64,000 nt of DNA from Calditrichia bacterium (GTDB lineage: Bacteria > Calditrichota > Calditrichia > JAJRVZ01): contig CAVZSQ010000022.1 of assembly GCA_963777955.1 (NCBI GenBank), forward strand, positions 832,001-896,000, read 5' to 3'. Made by a program: the position numbers and the translations under genes. Each line of letters starts with the position of its first letter. Positions within the stretch are counted from its first letter, which is position 1. Below are positions 22,201-32,705 of the stretch, one piece after another. Under the pieces are notes generated by a model that was not told the origin of the DNA, ran no database searches, and worked only from the letters and a program-made list of their open reading frames with translations.

Positions 22201-22470
22201 ACCACCATCGGCGGATTAATTCCCATGGCGGTCGGCAATGCCCAGATGATCGGAATTCCTTATGCGCCGATGGGACGGACAATTATCGGCGGTTTGATGA
22301 CTTCCACTGTTTTATCACTGATTGCAGTCCCCTGGGCTTACACGCTTTTTGACGACCTGCGCGAGTATTTTAAAAAGGTCATGGCGCTTTATTTTAAGAA
22401 AACTCCCACAACAACGGTGGCAAGTGCCACTGAGCTTACTATCGATGATCGGGTGGTGGCTGAAAAGTGA
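19287..22470 (+). CDS. Second RND permease (apparent frameshift near 22141)
   Basis: GMLVDNSIVVLEN, VVNNAIVLVD; terminal RFRPILMTAFTT continues in the 22153-22470 frame. Confidence 0.9.
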
Positions 22471-22506
22471 TCAGAAAGCCGGTTAAAATAAAAACGTGCA
22501 GCCGTA

Positions 22507-22615
22507 GTGTCATTTCGACCAAAGGGAGAAATCTTTTTTTCTAAAGATAAAGATTCTTCCTCGTCCCGACTTGTCTGCCGCCAGGCAGTTGAATCGGAAC
22601 TCATCAGAATGACAC
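22507..22615. repeat. REP/MITE-like palindromic element
   Basis: Terminal inverted repeat GTGTCATT...AATGACAC enclosing inner stems AATCTTT/AAAGATT and CTGCC/GGCAG. Confidence 0.6.
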
Positions 22616-22679
22616 CACCCATCATTTTAACTTTGCATAAAAATTTTATTACTCGTAACATTGCTAAATCAGAATTGAT

Positions 22680-24653
22680 ATGGTAAATCGATTATATAAA
22701 AATATATTCCTGTATGTTCTGGCCGGCCTGCTCCTGGTAACGATTGTCAATGCTCAGGATAAGGAGGAGGAAGCTGCCAGGAAACCGCGTCCCCCTAAGA
22801 AAGAAAAAAAGGAAACCGTGCAAGCACAGGTCCCTGCCGATACAACTACCAAGGCACCATTTGCCGAGCCGGAGACACTGAAAACCATCCCGGTCAAGTC
22901 CAAACTGTACTGGTACGATCTCGACAATACGCTGCGCCTGATCAATGACACCAGTGCTTATGAAGTTTACCGCTACTCTGCACAGAAGTCGGTTATTTTT
23001 ACCGACCTGGCTTCAATCTGTCAATATCAACCGCTGCTGTTCGTATATGATCTGCAGGAAATGAACCGGCCGGCTTATGTGGCCATGATTAACAAGTATC
23101 CTCATCAGAATAGCATATTTTATAATACTATCCTGATGAATGATCCGGTCAACGGCATGTATAATATGCAGTTTTTATCAGTTGATTATACCCGTTTTAT
23201 GGAAAGCAGTACAGCTGCAGGAAATCTTCAGAATTATTGTTACAATTCTGCCGAAAAGATTGCGTTTACATCGGCACATCGTCATACTCCGGCTTCGTGG
23301 AGCAAGATCCTTTATAAACAGGGTAATTTTGGTTATACCGATCTCGACATCAGTTTTGTAAAACCGGTTTCGGAATATGTTGCACTGCAATTAGGCGGAT
23401 TCAGCCGGAAATATGACGGCAGTATCTCCAATGGCGATCACCGCGGTTATAATTTCAGGGGTGAACTGACCTGGCAGTATTCACCCAGACTTTATTTCAG
23501 TACACAGTTTTATCTTGGCCGTGAACGCTACGGCATGACCGCCTATAATCCCGATCCGGATTTTGCCTTTCCCCGGCTTGTTGAAAATCGCGATGATTTC
23601 TTTTTTGATCTGACCTGGCTGCCCCGGGATAGTACGAGCGAACGTTTTCATCTGGTGTTATATAATGGTTATACCTTCAGGCGGCTTAAAGATCTTAACG
23701 ACGTGGGCTATCAGTTAAAAACGCAGATCAAACGGTATGGTGTTGATGTCAATTATAATCTCCCGCTTAGACAGGTGGAATTTCTTTTTGGCCTGGGCAC
23801 GCTGTTGCCTAAAATTTCAGGAACGGCTTTTGAAAAAGATTATTATCCGAGCAGTTTCAGCACCTACGGTACGGTCACCCTGGCGCTGACTCAGAAAATC
23901 GGCTTACGCGCTGCCGGTCAACTCGTTATAGACCGGGAATTTAAACCACAATTGCAGCCGTCGTTTTCTGTATCATTCCGGCCGGATAACAGGCAATCTA
24001 TTATGATGGAACTGGCGCACGGGGTTCGTCTGCCTACGACTACGGAACGGTTTTTTAATTTCGATACTTTGTACGGGCGTGCAGAGCTCGGACCGGAAGA
24101 GCACCAATCGGCCCGCTTAAAATATGCCGTAACTCTCAATCCGAAATGGAGAATGTCTTTGACTGGCGGAGCCTGCTGGATCAGAAATGAGATCGGCTGG
24201 TCTGAACCCTACTTTTACAATGCCGGTTCCAGAAATTTTTATTACGCGGCCTTACAGAGTGATTTTTCAATATGGAAGATAGATATTCAGGGGGGCGGTC
24301 AGTACACCCGGGCTGATTTGAATCTTACCCCCCGCTGCAGTTTTTGGGTCGGCGGACATTTTTCCCAGCTACTGCTAAAAGGTGCCCTGTTGCTTGATGC
24401 TTATGGTACGGCCATGGTTTTTGACAAGCATAGGACTATCAATTTTGAGCAGCGCCTGGAACGGTTTTACCCGGGCGAGGACGATGAACCGGGTTTTTAT
24501 ACCCTGAACTGGCGGGTAGTGGTAACGGTAAAAGGGGTGGAGATCTTCGCCGAAGCTGAAAATTCCCTGTCGAATAAATACGAAGTTATCAACGGTTACC
24601 GGGAATTCTTTATACGTTTCCGCTTTGGTGTTAACTGGATCCTGTGGGATTGA
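22680..24653 (+). CDS. Outer-membrane beta-barrel, putative porin / degenerate TonB-receptor-like
   Basis: Signal peptide, alternating aromatic beta strands, RLPTTTE, terminal FRFGVNWILWD. Confidence 0.65.
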   Translation: MVNRLYKNIFLYVLAGLLLVTIVNAQDKEEEAARKPRPPKKEKKETVQAQVPADTTTKAPFAEPETLKTIPVKSKLYWYDLDNTLRLINDTSAYEVYRYSAQKSVIFTDLASICQYQPLLFVYDLQEMNRPAYVAMINKYPHQNSIFYNTILMNDPVNGMYNMQFLSVDYTRFMESSTAAGNLQNYCYNSAEKIAFTSAHRHTPASWSKILYKQGNFGYTDLDISFVKPVSEYVALQLGGFSRKYDGSISNGDHRGYNFRGELTWQYSPRLYFSTQFYLGRERYGMTAYNPDPDFAFPRLVENRDDFFFDLTWLPRDSTSERFHLVLYNGYTFRRLKDLNDVGYQLKTQIKRYGVDVNYNLPLRQVEFLFGLGTLLPKISGTAFEKDYYPSSFSTYGTVTLALTQKIGLRAAGQLVIDREFKPQLQPSFSVSFRPDNRQSIMMELAHGVRLPTTTERFFNFDTLYGRAELGPEEHQSARLKYAVTLNPKWRMSLTGGACWIRNEIGWSEPYFYNAGSRNFYYAALQSDFSIWKIDIQGGGQYTRADLNLTPRCSFWVGGHFSQLLLKGALLLDAYGTAMVFDKHRTINFEQRLERFYPGEDDEPGFYTLNWRVVVTVKGVEIFAEAENSLSNKYEVINGYREFFIRFRFGVNWILWD

Positions 24654-24703
24654 GTGCGGCTCAACCAGCCCGCTGCCGCTGATCATGTTCACTGTTTTAC
24701 CGA

Positions 24704-26545
24704 TTAAAACTTAAGCAAGTCTTTCGCTTTTTTCTCCAGTTTACCTTTATCCCTGGTAATGCTTTTCTCGATCTCTTTTTTCTTGGTCTCGATCACCGCC
24801 TGCTGCTGGTTCACCATCTGCTCATATTTCTCGACCTGGGCGGTCAACTGGCTTTCTTTCTCTTTGATCAAATTATCCAGCTTTTGACGCTGAGCGGCAA
24901 CTTCCGTATCCACTCTGGCTTTTATTTTATTTTTGGCCTCATCAACTTCCTTGCTCAGAATTTCTTTGGTCTTGTTGACAAAAAGATCATCAAGATTCGA
25001 ATTAAGTGAAAAGGCCAGGTCATCCTGAGTTCCTTTTATCCTGGCCACCAGGTCGATCATGTCTATGCTGCGTACGATCGATTGGACGATCTGATCGAAT
25101 TTATTTTTACTCTGCTCCTGATCGCCAAAATCAAAACTCAGTTTATTGCCGGTGAATTTGATCTGGCTTTCGACCTGATCACCGTGCAGCGATAAACTGG
25201 CATCGATAGTACCGAAGCCTTTCTGAATTTTATTGGGTAATAATTTTGATTCGGATAGCGAAGTATTCGCCAGCGAAAAACCGTCATATTTCAAATTGAA
25301 TTGTTCCACCGGTTGATCCTGCAGGTAATCCAGTACTCCGTTCAGGGCAATGGCAGCAGCGGTCTCTTTACTGCCGCCGACAAAAAACTCGGTGGTTTTT
25401 CCGATCTGGCGTTGATCGGAAACAATATTTTTTACCTCGCCCTTAAGGGCAATACCGTCATTGGTCTGGCCGGACAGGATCATGTTTTTTATCCAGAAAT
25501 CGGGCCGGGCATTCTTATTATAAAAATATATATTCTGTCCTTTTAAGCGCGGGGGTGATTCTTTCCCGGGTTCAGCGGATTTAAATTTATCAGTGTAGGC
25601 CCGGGCCATACCGGCGTAATTAAGATAATAATTTACCTGGTTGACCAGACGGGTGCCGAAGATCATCTTGCCGATATTCTGCATATTGAGATCCGGTAAT
25701 TTAGCCATGGACATGGCCCGCTGGTAATCGGCGCTGATCCAATCGTCCACCTGGCCGATCCGCTGCTGCGCACTGCTGAGATCGGAGGTAAGTTTAGTTC
25801 GGCTGGCTTTGATCGATTTATTCAGCGAATCCAGCGACTGCTCGATTTTGTTGGCAGATTTGAGTGCTGATTGAAAGCCTTCCAATGTGTTGATTTTATT
25901 GACCTCAATGGCTTTAACCTGGGAGTTCAATTTTTGCAGGTCGTTTTCATAGTTCAACTGGGTCAACTGGTTTTGCCAGTTTTCGTAATTCTGGCTCAAA
26001 TCAGCCTGCAGTGCCGTAATTTGCGAAACCGATTGTATCTGCAATAAAGCCATGATGCTGTCGACATTCACGTTCTGTTTAAAGGAACTGAATTGGTCGG
26101 TTACATTTGTTTCAACCTGCTCGATCAGGCGGTTGGCTGTTTTCTCAACAAAGCCGGGTTGACGCGGAGTTTGCTCTCCGGGTGGTAAATCAATTTTACC
26201 ATCAGTCAGGCGATCGGTATTGGTCCTGAAACCGGTCAAAGCAAAATTTTCAATAATTACCTTCCTGGTCAGCAAAGGCCAGAATTCCATATCGAACTCA
26301 CAGACACCGGTTTCGATCAGGTTCTTCATGGTATGCCGGCGATCGCACACCTGCAGACGGTCCCAGCGGATTTTTAGATCGGTTAATGATAGATCCAGAT
26401 TATCGACCTCAACCCTGGCTCCGGCGATGGAAGTACCGTTACTTTCGATTTTATATTCCAGCCAGCGATCGGTAAAGATCAGGCTCAGGACAATAATTAT
26501 CCCGACTGCAACTGCTAAAAAAATTATTCCTTTCCAGCGAAACAT
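24704..26545 (-). CDS. TIGR03545 family protein (AsmA-like N-terminus, coiled coils)
   Basis: RWKG N-terminal anchor, GARVEV, MKNL, PPRLKG, PDFWIK; follows TIGR03546-like gene. Confidence 0.75.
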   Translation of the reverse strand: MFRWKGIIFLAVAVGIIIVLSLIFTDRWLEYKIESNGTSIAGARVEVDNLDLSLTDLKIRWDRLQVCDRRHTMKNLIETGVCEFDMEFWPLLTRKVIIENFALTGFRTNTDRLTDGKIDLPPGEQTPRQPGFVEKTANRLIEQVETNVTDQFSSFKQNVNVDSIMALLQIQSVSQITALQADLSQNYENWQNQLTQLNYENDLQKLNSQVKAIEVNKINTLEGFQSALKSANKIEQSLDSLNKSIKASRTKLTSDLSSAQQRIGQVDDWISADYQRAMSMAKLPDLNMQNIGKMIFGTRLVNQVNYYLNYAGMARAYTDKFKSAEPGKESPPRLKGQNIYFYNKNARPDFWIKNMILSGQTNDGIALKGEVKNIVSDQRQIGKTTEFFVGGSKETAAAIALNGVLDYLQDQPVEQFNLKYDGFSLANTSLSESKLLPNKIQKGFGTIDASLSLHGDQVESQIKFTGNKLSFDFGDQEQSKNKFDQIVQSIVRSIDMIDLVARIKGTQDDLAFSLNSNLDDLFVNKTKEILSKEVDEAKNKIKARVDTEVAAQRQKLDNLIKEKESQLTAQVEKYEQMVNQQQAVIETKKKEIEKSITRDKGKLEKKAKDLLKF

Positions 26546-27070
26546 CTATTCTCCTAACGATTTTAATTTTTGATAAAAATTATAGATGGAAGAACTTTTT
26601 ATCACCTTCATGATTTTTAATTTTTGCACCTTGCTTTCGATTTTCTGACGGTATTGAATAACCCCGGCCCTGGTCAGGAAGTACAGCGGCAGCATTAATA
26701 TCAGGGCCGTGACCAGGCTGCCCATCACCACGGTATTATTGTAGCGGCTCAAGGCGACTACCGGGATGTTGTAAAGCGATGTCCACAGTCCATGTAAACT
26801 GGAAACGTTTACCAGCAGAGCATAGCCCAGGTCATGGAACAGGGGATCGAAGAGGTACGCGATTCCGCTAAAAACGCCAAAACTGAAAATCGCCATGGCA
26901 ATATTAACATTTAAAATGACGATCAAAATTACCACGATCAGATTATGCACAGTCAGCAGAGGAGTCAGTCCCAGAACCATACCCAGCATCAAACCGCCGG
27001 CAATTTGCGCAGGGGTTGCTGCCGAACGCAGGATTTTAACCAGTTTGGCCAGAAATTGAATGATGAACAT
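26546..27070 (-). CDS. TIGR03546 family membrane protein
   Basis: PAQIAGG, GLTP, DPLFHDLG, RYNNTVVMG. Confidence 0.8.
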   Translation of the reverse strand: MFIIQFLAKLVKILRSAATPAQIAGGLMLGMVLGLTPLLTVHNLIVVILIVILNVNIAMAIFSFGVFSGIAYLFDPLFHDLGYALLVNVSSLHGLWTSLYNIPVVALSRYNNTVVMGSLVTALILMLPLYFLTRAGVIQYRQKIESKVQKLKIMKVIKSSSIYNFYQKLKSLGE

Positions 27071-27177
27071 ATTTCTTCCTTTATATTATCCGAAAATAAA
27101 ATAACTATGTTTAGTGTATAAAATAATATTTACAAATCCAACTTAATATTTTTGAAAATCGGCTGTCTGTATTTCGG

Positions 27178-28678
27178 TCAGGTGGTCTTATTTAAGTTTG
27201 TTTTAGCCCTTCGCCACAGCGGCCAGTAAGGAGTGGAGGCATTTGAATCGCTGGCGGGTAAAAAGAATTGCATGATGGGGTGACTACCCATAGTGTCGGT
27301 CCAGGCTTTCATACTGCGGATGATCTCCACGAATTTCCGGACAGGCAAGCCGGTCTCCTCGCGGATTCCCCGGATCAGGAATAAGGCGCTGCCGCGCAGC
27401 AGGAACGATACAAAAAATACTATCTTAAAACCGGAATCAAAGATTCCGGGGAAATAGGGCAGCAGGGCAGCCGTATGCTGTGAAAGTATCCCGCCCAGTA
27501 TGGCTCCCACTCCGGCGGCCGCGCCATTGGCGCTGGCAATGGACCAGAAGGCAAAGAAGGCCGAATTTTGTTCCTTGGGAGCCATGCGAAAAACCAGATT
27601 GACAGCACATAAATTGTAAGCCGCGAAAAAAAATGCACCCATCATATGCAGCAGGGGAATTAAAAGATAAACTGAGAAAACGGAATTATTGCTGAATAGC
27701 CACAGGGCCGGTTGCAGGGCTACTACCAGCGCTGTGACGATAATGATCGCGCGATTGCCAAAACGGTCGGAAAAATGACCCCAGACCCCCATACCGATAA
27801 AATCAGCCACTGCCGATAACATCGTGTATATACTGATCAGAGTATAACTGAATTTCAGGTCGACCAGCATATAAATGATAAAAAAAGGTGAACTGAAATT
27901 AACCGCGAAAGCCCATAATAAGGCAAAGCGGATAAACCTGCGGAAATTTTCATGTTGTAAGGGTTCAGTAAATAATTTCAATGGAGCAGCTGTCACCGCG
28001 CGCCGCCGAAGGTCTTTGACGGCCGCTGGCCGCCTGCTGCCGAAGGTCCCCCTGACGGTACAGGAAGTATGCACTGACCATCCCGGCAATAACCGCAGTA
28101 ATAAACAGGATTTCAAATGAACGGGTAAGCGGGGAAGCGGGAAAATGATAGCGGTACCAATCTAAAAAATAACCCCCGCTGAGAGTCAGGGTGATGGTGA
28201 CAATTCCCAGGACGCTGTTGCGCAGGCCAAAATAGCGGCCGCGGATTTCTTCAGGCACCAGGGCGGCCATCCAGGAAAGCCAGCCTACACCGGCGCAAGA
28301 GCCGAGGATCTGGCTGCAGGCGGTAATAATGATAAGCAGGGAGAGCAGGTAACTTCCATAATCTGCAGCGGCCCTGCTGCTTTCAATAACCAGGATTATC
28401 CAGATCCCTCTGGCGGCGACTGCAAAACCTATTACCAGTTTTTTGCGGTTCCGCAGTTTTTCGACCAGCAGCGAACCGGGCAGCTGGGCCAGAGTGCCTA
28501 AAAAAGGAAGTGCTGCCAGAATACCGATATAGATTGGTTGAGCACCCAGCAGCAGCGCATAGGCCGGCAGAAAAATAGTGCCGGTCAGATTAACGTAAAT
28601 CTGAGCGAATAATCCATCATAGATGGAACACTTTAAATTGTGAATGGTAATTTTTACTGAGTCATCAGTATGTTTCAT
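27178..28678 (-). CDS. MFS transporter (apparent frameshift near 28020)
   Basis: N-half WLSWMAALVPEEIRGRYFGLR in 27965-28678; C-half PFFIIYM, WGHFSDRFGNR in 27178-28116. Confidence 0.8.
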
Positions 28679-28701
28679 ACTCTATAAAAACAGAATGTAA
28701 G

Positions 28702-28777
28702 AAATTCCAAATTACTAATTACAAGTTACAAATTAGTAATTAGTAATTAGTAATTGGTAATTGTTAATTAGTAATTC
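28702..28777. repeat. Heptamer tandem repeat in inverted arrangement
   Basis: AATTCCA AATTACT AATTACA AGTTACA followed by AATTAGT x3, AATTGGT, AATTGTT, AATTAGT. Confidence 0.7.
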
Positions 28778-28879
28778 CGAACTAATTTATCTGAAATTTA
28801 GGTATATTCGTCTACAAAAAAAACATGGTATCGTAATTCCGGGATAATCATTATACAAATTATTGCCACAGGAGGTGCA

Positions 28880-29299
28880 ATGCATATGCACGTTGAAATC
28901 AATTACCTGGCGGTTGTGGTAGCCGCTATGGTTTATTATGGCAGTGGCGCCTTATGGTACTCGCCGGTATTTCTGGGTAATCCATGGATAACGGCTGCCG
29001 GCCTGGATCCGCAAAAGATAAAAGCCGGGGGAAAAAATGCCTGGCGATCTTATCTGGTTGCTTTGATCGCCGCCTTATTTATCAGTTACGGACTGGCCCG
29101 CATTGAAGCCTATATGCAGGTAAGTGATTTTGCCGGCGGATTGCATACCGGATTCTGGAGCTGGCTGTGTTATGTAGTCACCACCATGGGCCTGAATTAC
29201 AGTTTTGAGAATCGTTCCTGGAAATTATTACTGATCAATGCAGGCTATCATCTCTATGGATTTATTGTTATGGCTGTGATCCTGGCCGTTTGGAGATAA
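28880..29299 (+). CDS. DUF1761 family membrane protein
   Basis: INYLAVVVAA, GALWYSP, LLLINAGY; AGGAGG RBS. Confidence 0.8.
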   Translation: MHMHVEINYLAVVVAAMVYYGSGALWYSPVFLGNPWITAAGLDPQKIKAGGKNAWRSYLVALIAALFISYGLARIEAYMQVSDFAGGLHTGFWSWLCYVVTTMGLNYSFENRSWKLLLINAGYHLYGFIVMAVILAVWR

Positions 29300-29327
29300 T
29301 AATTATACAAGTTCCGGTGCAGCCAGT

Positions 29328-31646
29328 TTATTTGCGGGCAATTAAAATTAAAAAACAAAGAGAGATAAGGTTTAGTACCAGAAAAACCAGAACAGTATTG
29401 ATCAGTCCAAAGATCGGGATAAGCACGGCAGTAACGATGAGACCCCCTAACCATGCTCCGGCCAGGTCGGCACTGTACAATAAACCGCCGGTCTGGGCAA
29501 TTCGTGTATCGATGCCGAGAAAGATTTTATTAGCCAGCGGAAATTGAGCCCCTACCAGGAATCCGCAGCAGGTAGTAGCGGCTAAAATAAATAGCTTCAT
29601 TCCGGTGGTCGAAAACAGATTAGTAGACGAATATTTTAAACCGGTCAGGACCATTAGAATTAACAGCAGGTAGACCGTCAGTAGTACCAGCAAAATAATA
29701 AATTCCCTTAATTCATTCCCTATCTTATTCAGCCTGCCGGTAATCCAGATACTGCCTATGGTCAGACCGGTCATAAATGAGGTTACCAGCAGGCCGATCC
29801 ACAGGTAGATATAACCAAATAATGATTGAAAAAGTAACATGAAAACAACCGGGATACCGATGCCGATGAAGCCACTGGCGATGACCGGAATCACCACGAT
29901 ATTTTTCCAGGCTGTGCTCCGGCGGACCCGGCAGGATATCCATAACAACAGAATCAGTGCTGGGAAAATAACCAGTAACAAATTGAATAAACGGATATTG
30001 GGAATTTTCTGCATCCAGGCAACGAAACGCGGAGAGTGAATGGAATAATGATAGGCTAAACTGTAATAAAGAGCGATCGGGGCTAGATCAGTGTTGATCC
30101 GGATGCCCGCGGCGGTTAAAGCTGTTTGTTCCAGGAAGTCGGCCTGGCGCCGGGCGGAGAGTTTGTACTGCAGATAGACCGGCGTGATCATACGGGTCGT
30201 GATTTTTTGTTGTTTAAATTGCCCGGCCAGTTGATCGGGAGCCGCCGCCAGCATTGCGGAATCTTCGGTCGCCATGAAAAGATTTACTTCATCGGGTATA
30301 ACCAGCACGGAGCCGAAAATCTGCCGCACTGTCTGCAGCAAACAACTATTCAGGTTTATTAACTCCCGGTTCAGGTAAGTGGCGCTGCCGGGAAGTTGAA
30401 AGACCAGTAAACCTCCGGCCGACAGTTTTTTCCGGCATAATTTGAAAAAATCGGCGGTATAAAAACGATTAATTTCCAGATTAGCCGGATCGGGCAGATT
30501 CAGTAAAATAATATCATACTGTTCATCGACCTGCTGCAGGAAAAACCGGCCGTCGACGGTATGAATCTTCACTCGTGCATCATTTAGTTCCGGTTGATCG
30601 GCGGCAGGAATATATTCACGGATTGTTTCCAGCAGCAACGGATCCAGTTCAGCATAATCTATTTTCTGTACATCATGTTTTAAGAGTTCGTTGATGGTGC
30701 CCCCCAGGCCGCCCCCGATCAACAGCACTTTTTCAGCAGCAGTATAAAAAAGAAATGGCAAATGGGCAAAATCCTCGCTGGCGGCAATATCCGGAACAGG
30801 CAGGGTTACTGCCGGTATACCATTGGCGAGCAATATATACTGATCCATCTGCTTTAACAGTGTGACATTTCCGTATATGGAATTTCTATAACTTAATACT
30901 TCATATCCCGGCCACTGCCGGCGAATCGATTGCCGGTGCAAATAATCGTTCAGCGGAAGGAGCAGAGAACCGCAGGACAGCATCCCCGCCATCATTAAGA
31001 GCATGTTCTGATATTTATTAAGGCTGATCCGCTTATTTTTTTCCAGGCCGGGCGCTGCAGCCCATAAAATCATACAGGATAGCAGCGTGAGCAGTATGAG
31101 CAGAGTGGTTGATTGAAAAGAGTTAAAAAATCTAAGCGCCAGATATGTGACGGTTAATCCACCGATAATACTGCCTGCCGATTCGAGGATATACACTTTT
31201 CCGGCAACCGCATAATTCTTTTCCTGGCTAGCGGACAACAAGCGGCAGGCATAACTGAATAAGGCGCCGTTCAGGAGGCCAAATGGCAGCAACAGCAACA
31301 GAGAGAGAAGAAAAAGCATCAGCAGATTAACGCTTTCTCCCGGCAGTATTCCCAGTGTGGTTTTGATAATACGAATCAAAAAGATAATGAGCGGTAGTGA
31401 AAAACTCAGTAAAATCTGCAGAATTATAAATTTTGTGGTGATAGTGTTACTGCGTTCAACCCGGTAACTGGCAGTAAAACTGCCGATTGCCTCCAGCAGC
31501 AGCAGATTGGCCAGGAAGATGCCGATAGCCAGTTCATTGCCGCTGAAGGTGATCAGCAATTCACGGATCAGGATGACCTGGCCGACAATCGCAGTGAAGC
31601 CGGTCAGGAAAAGACTAAAAGCAGGTATGAGTTTTGCATGTTTCAT
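29328..31646 (-). CDS. Membrane-fused spermidine synthase-like protein
   Basis: TM blocks flanking VLLIGGGLG, ELDP, DGRFFL, NRFYTADFF; LYSADLAG. Confidence 0.85.
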   Translation of the reverse strand: MKHAKLIPAFSLFLTGFTAIVGQVILIRELLITFSGNELAIGIFLANLLLLEAIGSFTASYRVERSNTITTKFIILQILLSFSLPLIIFLIRIIKTTLGILPGESVNLLMLFLLSLLLLLPFGLLNGALFSYACRLLSASQEKNYAVAGKVYILESAGSIIGGLTVTYLALRFFNSFQSTTLLILLTLLSCMILWAAAPGLEKNKRISLNKYQNMLLMMAGMLSCGSLLLPLNDYLHRQSIRRQWPGYEVLSYRNSIYGNVTLLKQMDQYILLANGIPAVTLPVPDIAASEDFAHLPFLFYTAAEKVLLIGGGLGGTINELLKHDVQKIDYAELDPLLLETIREYIPAADQPELNDARVKIHTVDGRFFLQQVDEQYDIILLNLPDPANLEINRFYTADFFKLCRKKLSAGGLLVFQLPGSATYLNRELINLNSCLLQTVRQIFGSVLVIPDEVNLFMATEDSAMLAAAPDQLAGQFKQQKITTRMITPVYLQYKLSARRQADFLEQTALTAAGIRINTDLAPIALYYSLAYHYSIHSPRFVAWMQKIPNIRLFNLLLVIFPALILLLWISCRVRRSTAWKNIVVIPVIASGFIGIGIPVVFMLLFQSLFGYIYLWIGLLVTSFMTGLTIGSIWITGRLNKIGNELREFIILLVLLTVYLLLILMVLTGLKYSSTNLFSTTGMKLFILAATTCCGFLVGAQFPLANKIFLGIDTRIAQTGGLLYSADLAGAWLGGLIVTAVLIPIFGLINTVLVFLVLNLISLCFLILIARK

Positions 31647-31727
31647 CGGAAATGAAAAACAGATCTATTTAAAACAACTGAAAGTCTGAGTTAATCTACG
31701 CTGAGAATAAAATCTGCAGATTATATA

Positions 31728-32603
31728 TCATGGTATATCGGGATCAGGTACCTGGTTTAATACGGGTCTCTGGTCTGACAGGGCCTCGTCCTCAATGGCG
31801 GATTCGTCAATAAGATTCACCTGTTCGGTAGTGTTTTTTCTCAGTATTTCTTCAGCCAGAGCCAGATAGGCCAGGGAACCGGGTGCGCTGATATCCACCA
31901 TGGCTACGGCTTTTTTCTCAAAAGCAGCATAACCGATCGCGGCATTTTTGGGTATGATCGTCTGCATCACATTTTCACTGAAAAGTTGTCTGGCTTCCTG
32001 GGCGCCGCGATGCGAGGCGCGGGTATTTTTTTCATAAAAATTGAGCAGGATGCCTTCTATCTCTAAATCCGGGTTTACACTCTCCCTTAACTGCTTGATG
32101 ACCTGCAGTAAACGAGTGACTATGTTGATGGCAAAATAACTGCATTGCAGGGGAATCAGGACGGAATGAGCGGCGAACAGAGCTACCAGGGTCAGATCGC
32201 TCAGCGAAGGGGGTGTATCGAAGATGATGAAATCGTAAAGTATTTTCTTCTTGGAAATCAGGTCGTTGAGTTTTCGCCGTAAAACACTGCGGTTCTTGGC
32301 CATGGTGGTGAGACGGATCTCGCGGTCATGGCTGAATACATTACAGGGAATAATGTCCAGAAAAGATAATTCGGTGCGCTGGATACATTCGGGAATCTCC
32401 GCAGTACCCAGCATGATTTCATATATACCTATTTTAATATCCTCGGGCCGGATACCCAGACCAAGGCTGAGTGCGCCATTGGGATCCAAATCGATCAGCA
32501 GGACTTTTTTCTCGGCGATAGCCAGGCTGACGCCAAGGTTCAGGGCCGATGTTGTTTTGCCGACACCGCCTTTAGGATTGGCTACCGCAATAATTTTAGG
32601 CAT
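31728..32603 (-). CDS. Orphan ParA/Soj family ATPase
   Basis: NPKGGVGKTT deviant Walker A, IDLDP, FDTPPS; no adjacent parB. Confidence 0.88.
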   Translation of the reverse strand: MPKIIAVANPKGGVGKTTSALNLGVSLAIAEKKVLLIDLDPNGALSLGLGIRPEDIKIGIYEIMLGTAEIPECIQRTELSFLDIIPCNVFSHDREIRLTTMAKNRSVLRRKLNDLISKKKILYDFIIFDTPPSLSDLTLVALFAAHSVLIPLQCSYFAINIVTRLLQVIKQLRESVNPDLEIEGILLNFYEKNTRASHRGAQEARQLFSENVMQTIIPKNAAIGYAAFEKKAVAMVDISAPGSLAYLALAEEILRKNTTEQVNLIDESAIEDEALSDQRPVLNQVPDPDIP

Positions 32604-32705
32604 AATTTTATGGCTCGAATATACTCAGTGGTATGTTTTTTTTTCAATAATATACAGATTATAGTCGACGTAAAAAATATAATTATTAGCCTGGGTCGGA
32701 TAGAA

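Noticed and set aside
28702..28777. CRISPR array
   Set aside because: Units are 7 bp with no spacers, and no cas genes are present.
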